DNA from: Candidatus Eiseniibacteriota bacterium | GTDB taxonomy: Bacteria > Eisenbacteria > RBG-16-71-46 > CAVPCR01 | Direction of reading: 5' to 3' | Length of the DNA stretch: 64,000 bases | Assembly (NCBI GenBank): GCA_963702435.1 | Contig: CAVPCR010000004.1 | Coordinates: 256,001 to 320,000, forward strand | In this document: positions 55,283-64,000 of the stretch, in pieces | Position numbering within the stretch: position 1 is the stretch's first letter | How the letters are laid out: every line of letters begins with the position of its first letter | The notes under the pieces: model-generated | Databases searched by the model: none | What the model was told of the DNA's origin: nothing | Seen by the model: only the letters and a program-made list of their open reading frames with translations | Made by a program: the position numbers and the translations under genes

Positions 55283-58237
55283 ATGACGACGCGCGGACAC
55301 GACGACGACGCCGGGACCAGGCCGGCGCTGACACGAGACGCGAGCGCCGCGGGACACGCGGCGCTCGCGGCTGCGCTTACGAAGCTCCGCCGCGCCGTGA
55401 GCGGCGAGGTGCGCGCCGACGCCCTCTCGCGCGCCATCTACGCGACCGACGCCTCGAACTACCGCCTGGCGCCGCTCGGCGTCGTCGTGCCGAAGACGCG
55501 TGCCGATGTCGAGGCCGCGGTCGCGATCGCCGCCGAGCACGGGATCCCGCTCCTTCCGCGCGGCGGCGGCACGAGCCTCGCCGGGAACACGGTCGGCGCC
55601 GCGCTCATCCTCGACTTCACGAAGCACATGCACCGGATCCTCGATGTGGATCCGGCCGGCCGCCGCGTGCGCGTCGAGCCCGGCGTCATCGTCGGCCGGT
55701 TGAACCGCACGCTCGCCGCGCACGGGCTCCTCTTCGGGCCCGATCCCGCGACCAAGGACCGCGCCGCGCTTGGCGGCATGATCGGGAACAACTCGTGCGG
55801 CGCGCACTCGCTCGCCTACGGGAAGACGGTCGATCACGTCGAGCAGGTCGTGGCGCTCCTCGCCGACGGGAGCCTGATCGAGGCCGCGCGCTCGGGCGAA
55901 GTCGGCGGCAGCGAGCGGGCGCGGGCGATCGCCGCGGAGTTGCGAACGCTCGCCGCGCAAGTAGGCGATCTCGTGCGCGCGCGTTATCCGCAGATCCCGC
56001 GCCGCGTGTCGGGGTTCAACCTGGACGAGCTCCTGCCCGAGCATGGCGCCAATGTGGCCGGGCTCCTGACCGGCTCCGAGGGCACGCTCGCGGTGACGCT
56101 CGAGGCGACGCTCGCGCTCTCGCCGCGGCCGCGCCACCACGCGCTCGCGCTCCTCTTCTTCGACGACGTGCCCGAGGCGCTCGATCAGGTGCCGGAGCTC
56201 GTCGCCCGCCACGCGCCGGCCGCGCTCGAGCTCGTGGATCGCACGTTGATAACGCGCGCCGAGACCCGCCCGCGCTTCCACCGCGCGCTCCGTCTCTTCG
56301 ACGCGGCAGCCGGCGGCACCCTCCTCGTCGAGGCGGCGGGGGAGAGCGCGGCCGAGGTGGCGGAGCGGGCGCGGGCGATCGGGCGGGAGCGATTCCCCGG
56401 GCTCCGCGCGACCGCCGTGCTCATCGACCACGAGGAGCAGGAGGAGGCGTGGGCGCTCCGTGAATCGGCGCTCGGGCTCCTCTGGAACGTCCGCGGCGAG
56501 GCGAAGCCCACCGCCGGCGTCGAGGACACGGCGGTGCCGCCGGCGCATCTCGGGACCTACGTGCGCGAGTTCCGCGAGATCCTCCGCCGGCACGGCACCG
56601 AGGGGAGCTTCTACGGACATGCGGGCGAGGGCTGCCTCCACATCCGCGTGCTCCTCGATCTCAAGGCCGCGGGCGGCCCCGCGGGGCTCCGCCGCCTGAC
56701 CGAGGAGGTGGGCGATCTTGTCCTCGCGCACGGCGGCTCGCTCTCGGGCGAGCACGGGGACGGGATCGCGCGGAGCGAGCTCCTCGGGCGGATGTTCGGC
56801 CCGGAGCTGGTCCAGGCATTCGGGCGGGTGAAGGGCCTCTTCGATCCGGAGCGGCGGCTCAATCCCGGGAAGATCGTGGATCCGCTCCCGCTCGACGAGA
56901 ACCTGCGCTTCCACCCGGACTATGTGTTGCGGGAGCCCGCGACGTTCTTCGACTGGTCCAAGCAGGAGGGATTCGGGCGGGCGGTCGAGAACTGTATCGG
57001 GGTCGGCAAGTGCCGGAAGCTCGATGCCGGCACCATGTGTCCCTCGTACATGGTGACGCTCGAGGAGCTCCACTCGACCCGCGGGCGGGCGAACGCGCTC
57101 CGCGAGGCGATGCTCGGCGAGCTACTGGGGGACGGCGGCGCGGGGATCGGCGATCCGCGGCTTCGCGAGGCGCTCGACCTCTGTCTCTCGTGCAAGGCGT
57201 GCAAGCGCGAGTGTCCGACCGGGGTCGACATGGCGCGGCTCAAGGCCGAGGTGCTCGCGGCGCAGCGGAGTGAGGCGGGAGCACCGCTTCATCACCGGAT
57301 GTATGCCGCGATCGGACGGCTGTCGGCGCTGGGCGCCGGGGCGCCATGGCTCGTGAACGCGATCACCCGGAGCGGGGTCGGCGGGTGGCTCCTCCGCGCC
57401 GCGGGGCGGATCCATCCCGGGCGCAGCCTGCCGGAGCTCGCGCCGGAGAGCTTCCGCGCGCGCCACGAGCGCGGCGGGGCGCGCCGGGCCGCGCCGGCGC
57501 CCGGCACCCGGCAGCGCGTCATCCTCCTCGACGACACCTTCAATAACTACCAGGAGCCGCAGGTTCTCGTGTCGGCGGCGGAGGTGCTCGCTGCTGCCGG
57601 CTTCGAGGTCTTGCTCCCGGCGACCAGGGTCTGCTGCGGGCGGCCGTTCTACTCGCTTGGCTTCCTCGATCGTGCGCGGGAGGCAGGGCGGCACTTGCTC
57701 GATGTGCTCGGTCCCGAGATCGACCGCGGGACGCTCGTCGTCGGCTGCGAGCCGAGCTGTCTCTTGACCTTCCGGGACGAGCTACCGGATCTCGTGCCCG
57801 GGCCGCGCTCGCGTGCCCTCGCCGGCCAGGCCCGTCTCCTCGAGGAGCTTCTCATCGAGCGCGACTACGCGCCGGGGCGCCTCGCCGGGCAGGCGATCGT
57901 GCATCCCCACTGCCACCAGCTCGCGCTCGCCGGGAGCGATGCCCTCATGTCTCTCCTCCGCCGGGTGGAGGGGCTCGAAAGCGAGCTCCTCGATTCCGGC
58001 TGCTGCGGCATGGCCGGCGCCTTCGGCTACGAGCGCGATCACTATGACGTGTCGATGGCGATCGGGGAGCGCGTGCTCCTGCCGCGGGCGCGGGCGGCGA
58101 CGGCGGAGACGATCCTGGTTGCGAACGGCACCTCGTGCCGCCACCAGATTCGGGACGGCGCCCGCCGCGAGGCGATCCACGTCGCCGAGCTTCTCGCCCG
58201 CTGCGCGCGCCACCAGGATGAAAGGTCGAACCAATGA
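55283..58237 (+). CDS. FAD-binding and (Fe-S)-binding oxidoreductase (GlcD/Dld-YdiJ-like fusion)
   Basis: RGGGTSLAG, GGMIGNNSCG, SGEHGDG, CIGVGKC, CLSCKAC..CP, CCG domains. Confidence 0.93.
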   Translation: MTTRGHDDDAGTRPALTRDASAAGHAALAAALTKLRRAVSGEVRADALSRAIYATDASNYRLAPLGVVVPKTRADVEAAVAIAAEHGIPLLPRGGGTSLAGNTVGAALILDFTKHMHRILDVDPAGRRVRVEPGVIVGRLNRTLAAHGLLFGPDPATKDRAALGGMIGNNSCGAHSLAYGKTVDHVEQVVALLADGSLIEAARSGEVGGSERARAIAAELRTLAAQVGDLVRARYPQIPRRVSGFNLDELLPEHGANVAGLLTGSEGTLAVTLEATLALSPRPRHHALALLFFDDVPEALDQVPELVARHAPAALELVDRTLITRAETRPRFHRALRLFDAAAGGTLLVEAAGESAAEVAERARAIGRERFPGLRATAVLIDHEEQEEAWALRESALGLLWNVRGEAKPTAGVEDTAVPPAHLGTYVREFREILRRHGTEGSFYGHAGEGCLHIRVLLDLKAAGGPAGLRRLTEEVGDLVLAHGGSLSGEHGDGIARSELLGRMFGPELVQAFGRVKGLFDPERRLNPGKIVDPLPLDENLRFHPDYVLREPATFFDWSKQEGFGRAVENCIGVGKCRKLDAGTMCPSYMVTLEELHSTRGRANALREAMLGELLGDGGAGIGDPRLREALDLCLSCKACKRECPTGVDMARLKAEVLAAQRSEAGAPLHHRMYAAIGRLSALGAGAPWLVNAITRSGVGGWLLRAAGRIHPGRSLPELAPESFRARHERGGARRAAPAPGTRQRVILLDDTFNNYQEPQVLVSAAEVLAAAGFEVLLPATRVCCGRPFYSLGFLDRAREAGRHLLDVLGPEIDRGTLVVGCEPSCLLTFRDELPDLVPGPRSRALAGQARLLEELLIERDYAPGRLAGQAIVHPHCHQLALAGSDALMSLLRRVEGLESELLDSGCCGMAGAFGYERDHYDVSMAIGERVLLPRARAATAETILVANGTSCRHQIRDGARREAIHVAELLARCARHQDERSNQ

Positions 58238-58860
58238 AACAGGCACTGGCGTTCGTGGGGAGTGCCGTGGCGGGTGGACTCCTCATCCTGATTCCCGTCT
58301 ACCTCGCCGTCCTGCTGCTGCTCAAGGCACTGAAGTCCGTCGCCGGACTGGTGCGGCCATTCACCCTCCTCCTTCCGGACTCCTTCCCCGCCGAGACGAT
58401 CCTGTCCCTTCTCCTCGTCTTCCTGATCTGCTTCCTGATCGGCGTAGCCATCCGGACCGGGCCCGGACGGGTCGCCCGGGAGCGGATCGAGAAAGCTCTC
58501 TTCGAGAAGATTCCGGGCTACGCGCTCATCCGAAGTCTCACTCAGCAGATGGCGGGCGCCAGCGATGACACCGTCTGGAAGCCCGCGCTGGCCGAGATCG
58601 AAGAGGCCCTCGTTCCGGCCTTCATCATCGAGGAGTTCGCGGACGGGCGGTACACGGTGTTCGTCCCATCGATCCCCACACCGTTTGCGGGCGCCGTCTA
58701 CATCCTCGCCCGGGAGCGGGTGCATCCCCTGGACGTGCCCTTCACTCGAGCGCTCAGGGTCGTCTCCAAGTGGGGATCGGGCGCGAAGGAGCTCGTCGCG
58801 GCCATGGAAGGTGGAGGGTCCTCGTCCCGCCCGGTGGCGGAATCGACGCGGACTTGCTAG
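58234..58860 (+). CDS. DUF502 family membrane protein
   Basis: GLLILIPV, KIPGY, VFVPSIPTPFAG. Confidence 0.8.
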   Translation: MKQALAFVGSAVAGGLLILIPVYLAVLLLLKALKSVAGLVRPFTLLLPDSFPAETILSLLLVFLICFLIGVAIRTGPGRVARERIEKALFEKIPGYALIRSLTQQMAGASDDTVWKPALAEIEEALVPAFIIEEFADGRYTVFVPSIPTPFAGAVYILARERVHPLDVPFTRALRVVSKWGSGAKELVAAMEGGGSSSRPVAESTRTC

Positions 58861-58870
58861 GTTTCCGCAC

Positions 58871-59860
58871 ATGGCCACCAAAGCCGCGACGAACCGCCTC
58901 CCCGACCCCACCGGCCCCGTCCGCATCGGCATCTCGAGCTGCCTCCTCGGCGAGGAGGTCCGCTTCGACGGCGGACACAAGGAAGACCGCTTCATCTCGC
59001 GCACGCTCAACGCCTACTTCGAGTACGTGCCAGTCTGTCCCGAGCTCGAGGTCGGGATGGGCGTGCCTCGGGAGTCGCTCCGGCTCGTCGGCGAGCCCGA
59101 ATCGCCGCGTCTCCTTACGGTGCGCACCAAGATCGACCACACGCAGTCCATGCTCCGGTTCGCGGCGAAGCGCGTGCGCGAGCTCGCGGCGGAGAATCTC
59201 GACGGCTACATCTTCAAGAAGGACTCGCCGAGCTGCGGCATGGAGCGGGTGCGCGTCTACGGCGCGGAATCGGGCATGGCGGTGCGCCAGGGGGTCGGCA
59301 TGTTCGCCCGCGAGTTCAAGGAACGTTTCCCGCTCGTGCCGGCCGAAGAGGAAGGACGCCTCTCGGACCCCGTCCTCCGCGAGAACTTCATCGAGCGCGT
59401 GTTCTGCCACTGGCGCTGGCGGCATCTCCTCGCCGACGGCTTGACGCGCGGGCGCCTCGTCGCCTTCCACACCGCGCACAAGCTCGTCCTCCTCGCCCAC
59501 AGCCCCGAGCACTACGCCGAGATGGGGCGGCTCGTGGCCGGTGCCAAGGCGTTCCGGCCATCCGAGCTCGCCACCCGCTACGGCGAGCTCCAGGCCGCCG
59601 GGCTCCAGGTCAGGGCGACGAGCCGCAAGCACACGAACGTGCTCCAGCACATCGCCGGCTACTTCAAGGAGCACCTGAGCCCGGACGAGAAGGCGGAGCT
59701 CCAGAGCGTGATCGCCGACTACCGGCAGGGGCTCGTACCCCTCATCGTGCCCATCACCCTGGTCAAGCACTACGTGCGCAAGTTCGATGTGTCCTACCTG
59801 AGCGATCAGGTGTACCTGAACCCCCATCCCAAGGAGCTCATGCTCCGGAATCACGTCTAG
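58871..59860 (+). CDS. DUF523 + DUF1722 (YbgA-like) protein
   Basis: ISSCLLGEEVRFDGGH, CPE, SPSCG, EEEGRL, QVYLNPHP. Confidence 0.92.
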   Translation: MATKAATNRLPDPTGPVRIGISSCLLGEEVRFDGGHKEDRFISRTLNAYFEYVPVCPELEVGMGVPRESLRLVGEPESPRLLTVRTKIDHTQSMLRFAAKRVRELAAENLDGYIFKKDSPSCGMERVRVYGAESGMAVRQGVGMFAREFKERFPLVPAEEEGRLSDPVLRENFIERVFCHWRWRHLLADGLTRGRLVAFHTAHKLVLLAHSPEHYAEMGRLVAGAKAFRPSELATRYGELQAAGLQVRATSRKHTNVLQHIAGYFKEHLSPDEKAELQSVIADYRQGLVPLIVPITLVKHYVRKFDVSYLSDQVYLNPHPKELMLRNHV

Positions 59861-59862
59861 CC

Positions 59863-60234
59863 ATGAAGAAACTGCTGATTCGCTGGGTCATCGTCGGTCT
59901 CTCGCTGTTCGTCGCCGCCTGGATCGTGCCGGGGATCCGCGTCGAGTCGAACGGTGTCGGCGTCTATGCGGCGACGGCCGTGATCCTCGGCTTCGTGAAC
60001 GCGATCGTGCGCCCGCTCCTCGTCCTCCTCACCTGTCCGGCGATCATCCTGACGCTCGGCCTCTTCGTGCTGGTGGTGAACGCCATCTCGCTCTCGATCG
60101 CCTCGTGGATCGCGGTCAACTGGTTCCACGTCGGTTTCAACGTCGACGGGTTCGGGGCGGCGTTCCTCGGTGCGCTCATCGTGAGCATCGTCTCGGTCAT
60201 CCTCTCCGCGCTGGTCAAGGACGCCTGGGAGTAG
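59863..60234 (+). CDS. YvlD/phage holin-like 4-TM membrane protein
   Basis: NAIVRPLL..LT.P..ILTLGLF..VVNA. Confidence 0.85.
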   Translation: MKKLLIRWVIVGLSLFVAAWIVPGIRVESNGVGVYAATAVILGFVNAIVRPLLVLLTCPAIILTLGLFVLVVNAISLSIASWIAVNWFHVGFNVDGFGAAFLGALIVSIVSVILSALVKDAWE

Positions 60235-60241
60235 GGGCCGG

Positions 60242-60799
60242 ATGTCCGCGCGCGCGGTGCGCGAGATCTACAAGGGACGCGTGGTCCATCTCGTCGTCGA
60301 GGAGGTGGACCTCCCGAACGGGACCCGGGTCGAGCTCGAGATCATCCATCACCCGGGCGCGGCCGCCGTGGTGCCCTTCGTGAGCGCCGACGAGGTGCTC
60401 CTCGTCCGCCAGTACCGGCATGCCGCCGGCGGGTACATCCTCGAGGTGCCGGCCGGGAAGCTCGATCCGGGCGAGGCGCCGGAAGCCTGCGCGCTCCGCG
60501 AGACCGAGGAGGAGATCGGCTACGCCCCCGGCCATCTGACCCGCCTCGGCGCCATCTTCACGACGCCGGGGTTCACCGACGAGGTGATCCATCTCTTCGC
60601 CGCGCACGACCTCGCTCCCAGCGAGACGCGGCACGAGGCAGACGAGGTGATGAGCGTCGAGCGCATGCCGCTCGCGGCGGCGGTCGCCAGGATCGAGAGC
60701 GGCGAGATCCGGGACGCGAAGACGATCTGTGCGCTCCTCCTCGCGGCGCGACTGTGGGGCGAGCGGCCGCCCGCTGCTCAGCGATCCGCGCCGGCGTAG
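60242..60799 (+). CDS. NUDIX hydrolase (ADP-ribose pyrophosphatase-like)
   Basis: HPGA, RQYR, PAGKLDPGE..ALRETEEEIG. Confidence 0.92.
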   Translation: MSARAVREIYKGRVVHLVVEEVDLPNGTRVELEIIHHPGAAAVVPFVSADEVLLVRQYRHAAGGYILEVPAGKLDPGEAPEACALRETEEEIGYAPGHLTRLGAIFTTPGFTDEVIHLFAAHDLAPSETRHEADEVMSVERMPLAAAVARIESGEIRDAKTICALLLAARLWGERPPAAQRSAPA

Positions 60800-61644
60800 C
60801 GGCGCGCGGTCGCGAGCGCGTGGAACGCGATCACGAGGACGACGATCGCGCCCCCCGTCATGGCCATGACGCCCGGCCTCTCGCCCCGCGCCAGGAACAC
60901 CCAGACCGGATTCAGCACCGGCTCGAGGAGCGCGAAGAGCGCCACCTCGAGCGCCGGGAGGCGGCGGATCGCCACGGTCAGGAGCACGTAGCCCACCCCG
61001 AGCTGGCCGGCGCCGAGCAGCACGAGGTAGAAGAGCTGCTCTCCGGTGAGCGTGAAATCGGGCCACACCCACGGTAGCGCGAGCAACACGGCGGCGAGAT
61101 TCCCGAGGGCGAGCGTGTGGAGGAGCGGGGTCGCGCGCGCCCGGCGCATGGCGATCATCATGAGACCGAAGCAGAGCCCGCTCGCGAGCGCCACCGCGTT
61201 GCCGCGTCCGCCCGCCGGGCCAACCCGTTCGGCCAGCACGAGGAGGAGGCCGACGAGCGCGCCGCCCACCGCGAAGATGTCGGCGGCCCGCGGCCAGCGC
61301 CGCTCGATGAGCGCGCCGAAGAGGATCACCCATACCGGCGCCGTGGACTGGAGCAGGATGGCGTTGGCGGCGGTCGTCGACTTGTTCGCGATGACGAAGA
61401 GGTTGACCGTGAACGCGTAGGTCAGGATGACGCCGATCGCGCCGGGGCGTACCTCGCGCCAGCCCCGCCCGGCCACCAGCGCGAGGAAGAGGCACGAGAA
61501 GAGCGAGCGGTAGAGGGAGATCGTGAGCGGCGGGAGGTCGATCAGCTTGAAGAGGAGCCCGGCGGTCGACCACGAGAGGGCGGCGCCGAGGATGGCGGCG
61601 ATACCGATGGCATAGGGGCGACTGGCATGGGGACGGCGCTCCAC
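60778..61644 (-). CDS. EamA/DMT family transporter
   Basis: Multiple TM helices, TTAANAILLQ, LLEPVLNPVWV; start uncertain. Confidence 0.85.
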   Translation of the reverse strand: MERRPHASRPYAIGIAAILGAALSWSTAGLLFKLIDLPPLTISLYRSLFSCLFLALVAGRGWREVRPGAIGVILTYAFTVNLFVIANKSTTAANAILLQSTAPVWVILFGALIERRWPRAADIFAVGGALVGLLLVLAERVGPAGGRGNAVALASGLCFGLMMIAMRRARATPLLHTLALGNLAAVLLALPWVWPDFTLTGEQLFYLVLLGAGQLGVGYVLLTVAIRRLPALEVALFALLEPVLNPVWVFLARGERPGVMAMTGGAIVVLVIAFHALATARRYAGADR

Positions 61645-61678
61645 GGCGCAGATCCTAGCACGCGCCGCCCGGGGCAGA

Positions 61679-61730
61679 TCGCCCAGGATCGTTGCGCCCG
61701 CCGCTCGCCCAGGATCGTTGCGCCCGCCGC
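61679..61730. repeat. Perfect 26-bp tandem duplication
   Basis: tcgcccaggatcgttgcgcccgccgc x2. Confidence 0.9.
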
Positions 61731-61911
61731 GGCGTGGGCTGAGCCAATTCGCGCAGCGGTCGCCACTCTGTCTCCGACCGGAACACGTCGGTCCGTGTTC
61801 TTCGCCGGACACCAGTGACTTCCTTCCATTCCAGACCTCGCAGCGTGGTACGATAGTTGTGCAGTGACCTCGGCACAGGTCCCGAAATCTCCAACTCGGA
61901 GGTCGCTCGCC

Positions 61912-62067
61912 ATGTTGCGGATACTGCCTCTCGTGATCGGGATCGCCGCCGTGATGCTCCTCACAGGCCATCTCGATTCCATCATCAAGCTGGTGCAGGC
62001 GGCCGGACAGATGATCTGGCCACTAGTCTCGTCGTTCGTCCAGTCGATCGGCGGGAGACTGCCGTAA
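61912..62067 (+). CDS. Small hydrophobic protein (51 aa)
   Basis: GGAGG RBS; hydrophobic N-terminus and amphipathic helix. Confidence 0.6.
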   Translation: MLRILPLVIGIAAVMLLTGHLDSIIKLVQAAGQMIWPLVSSFVQSIGGRLP

Positions 62068-62245
62068 GCACGCGCGCATCCCGCGACGATGCGCGCCGCC
62101 CCGACTCGCACCGCCGCGGGCCGTGGGCCACTCGAGAGCCGCGATAGGACATCGCGGCTCTTGCTGTTGGCCCCCCTCTCTGGCACCATCCACGCGGCGC
62201 TACGGTGCGACGCTGTCCCCGAGGCCCTCACCCTTCTCCGGAGCC

Positions 62246-62728
62246 ATGCCACGCGATCCGATTCCCACCTGGTTCTTCGTGCTAGTCGTCGTCCGCCACG
62301 GCGATCGCTTCCTGCTGGTCCAGGAGGCGAAGCCGGGTGAGCCGTGGTACCTGCCGGCGGGAGGCGTCGAGCCCGGGGAGACGCTCCTCGCCGCCGCCGA
62401 GCGCGAGTGCATCGAGGAGGCCGGCATCCCGATCGAGGTGGACGGGGTTCTCCGCGTCGAGCACGCGCCCCTCGCGGGGGGAACCGCGCGCGTGCGGGTG
62501 ATCCTCGCCGCGCACCCACGGGCGTCGACCGCGCCGAAGCAGGTGGCCGACTCCGAGTCGCTCGGGGCCGACTGGTATACGCTCGCCGACATGAAGCACA
62601 TCGACCTCCGTGCCGACGAGGTCTTCCGTTACTGCGACTACGTGGCCCGGGGCGGGGCGGTCTTCCCGCTCGATCTGCTCTCGGCGGAGCTCGCGCGCGT
62701 GCCGGCGGCGGGAAGGAGGCCGGCATGA
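62246..62728 (+). CDS. NUDIX hydrolase
   Basis: PAGGVEPGETLLAAAERECIEEAG. Confidence 0.9.
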   Translation: MPRDPIPTWFFVLVVVRHGDRFLLVQEAKPGEPWYLPAGGVEPGETLLAAAERECIEEAGIPIEVDGVLRVEHAPLAGGTARVRVILAAHPRASTAPKQVADSESLGADWYTLADMKHIDLRADEVFRYCDYVARGGAVFPLDLLSAELARVPAAGRRPA

Positions 62729-63357
62729 ACGAGCGACGCCGGCCCACCGGCGACGAGAGCCCCACCTGGCGCGAGTACTACGACGCCATCGCCGGGCGCG
62801 CGCCGCGCCCGCTCCTCCTGCGCGCGCTCGCGCTCGCCGATCCGGAGGGCGCGGGCGGGGCCGGTAAGCTAGCGGTGGATCTCGGCTGCGGCGAGGGAAC
62901 GGACACGGTCGAGCTTCTCGGCCGCGGCTACACCGTGCTCGCCCTCGATCAGGAGGAGGAGGCGATCGCGCGGCTCCGGGCCCGCGTGTCGGAAGAGGCG
63001 CGCGCGCGGCTCGCGGTCGCGGTCATGCACTTCGAGACCATGGATCTGCCGGCGGCCGATCTCGTGCTCGCGAGCTTGAGCCTGCCGTTCGCTCGGCCCG
63101 CCGCCTTCCCCTTCGTGTGGCGCAAGGTCGTCGAGGCCCTCGTGCCCGGCGGCTGGTTCATCGGGCACTTCTTCGGGGTCAACGACACCTGGGCGACCCG
63201 CCAGGAGATGACTTTCCACACCGCCGCGACCGTGCGGGCGCTCTTCGCGCGCTTCACGCTCGAGGTGTGCGAGGAGGAGGAGCGCGACGGGGAGACGGCG
63301 CTCCACGAGCCGAAGCACTGGCACATGTTCCACGTGATCGCGCAGAAGCTCGCGTGA
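62725..63357 (+). CDS. Class I SAM-dependent methyltransferase
   Basis: VDLGCGEG, LVPGG, KHWH. Confidence 0.9.
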   Translation: MNERRRPTGDESPTWREYYDAIAGRAPRPLLLRALALADPEGAGGAGKLAVDLGCGEGTDTVELLGRGYTVLALDQEEEAIARLRARVSEEARARLAVAVMHFETMDLPAADLVLASLSLPFARPAAFPFVWRKVVEALVPGGWFIGHFFGVNDTWATRQEMTFHTAATVRALFARFTLEVCEEEERDGETALHEPKHWHMFHVIAQKLA

Positions 63358-63399
63358 AGGGGCGGGAAGGGGACGATCGTGGACGAGGTGAAGGAGGCG

Positions 63400-64000
63400 A
63401 TGGACGAGTTCCGGGCGATGGGGCACCATCTCGTCGACCTCCTCGCCGACTACCTGGCGAGCGCCGAGGAGCGACCGCTCTTCCCGGCTGCCGAGCCGCG
63501 TTTCCTCGAGGACCTGTTCGCGGCACCGCTCCCCGCCGGGCCGACCCCGCTCGCCGAGGTCGTCCGCGAGCTCGAGGAGAAGCTCCTCCCCTACTCGACC
63601 CAGCTCAGCCACCCCGGTTACTTCGGCCTCATCACCTCGAGCCCGACCCCGGCTGGCATCCTTGCCGACTTCATCGCCTCGGCGCTCAACCAGAACGTCG
63701 GCGCCTACACGATCGGGCCGGCCGCCACCGCGCTCGAGCGGCGCACCGTGCGCTGGCTCGCCGATCTCGCCGGCTACGACGGGCGCGCGGGCGGAAACCT
63801 GACGAGCGGCGGCACCATGGCCAACTTCATCGGGCTCAAGCTGGCGCGCGACCATGTCTCGGGCGATCGCGCGCAGCACGAGGGAGTGACCGCGCGCTAC
63901 GCGGCGTACACGTCCGAGGAGCGGCACGTCTCGGTGGACAAGGCCGCGGACGCGATCGGTATCGGCCGCGCCGGGTTGCGCGCGCTCGCGACCGACGAGC
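63400..64000 (+). CDS. PLP-dependent amino-acid decarboxylase, group II (3'-partial)
   Basis: Read manually: AAGGAGG RBS, MDEFRAMGHHLVD..HPGYFG..LNQN..LTSGGTMAN..HVSVDKAA; runs off the window. Confidence 0.88.
   Translation, partial: MDEFRAMGHHLVDLLADYLASAEERPLFPAAEPRFLEDLFAAPLPAGPTPLAEVVRELEEKLLPYSTQLSHPGYFGLITSSPTPAGILADFIASALNQNVGAYTIGPAATALERRTVRWLADLAGYDGRAGGNLTSGGTMANFIGLKLARDHVSGDRAQHEGVTARYAAYTSEERHVSVDKAADAIGIGRAGLRALATDE

Noticed and set aside
59863..60234. Holin-like gene as a prophage marker
   Set aside because: YvlD-type proteins are common chromosomal genes and there are no phage genes nearby.

Overview
High-GC bacterial window. FlgD/T9SS-like C-terminal domains and C-terminal (S/T)WGxIK tails suggest an FCB-related lineage such as Ca. 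Eisenbacteria; this is inference only. Bases ~1-15.5 kb form an accessory/defence island. It holds a type I restriction-modification operon (hsdM, hsdS frameshifted in a C7 tract, hsdR) with an Abi_C/HEPN-like gene between hsdS and hsdR whose C-terminus copies the HsdR C-terminal domain. It also holds a decayed tyrosine recombinase and a visibly lower-GC cassette (GNAT, small membrane protein, P-loop/TPR/GNAT-like 1159-aa protein, convergent TPR-like gene). The rest is mostly housekeeping or envelope genes: glycosyltransferases, radical SAM, a DedA-LolA fusion, three paralogous WGxIK-tailed secreted proteins, an NtrC-family regulator, rpiB, groES/EL with a sigma54-like promoter, aqpZ, lemA/TPM, zwf-opcA-glk, an FAD/Fe-S oxidase and NUDIX enzymes. 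An Omp28-like thioredoxin-fold gene has an in-frame TGA in a UxxC motif followed by a SECIS-like hairpin and is a probable secreted selenoprotein. No rRNA, tRNA or CRISPR array was recognised. Family calls come from motif recognition by eye; no database search was run.
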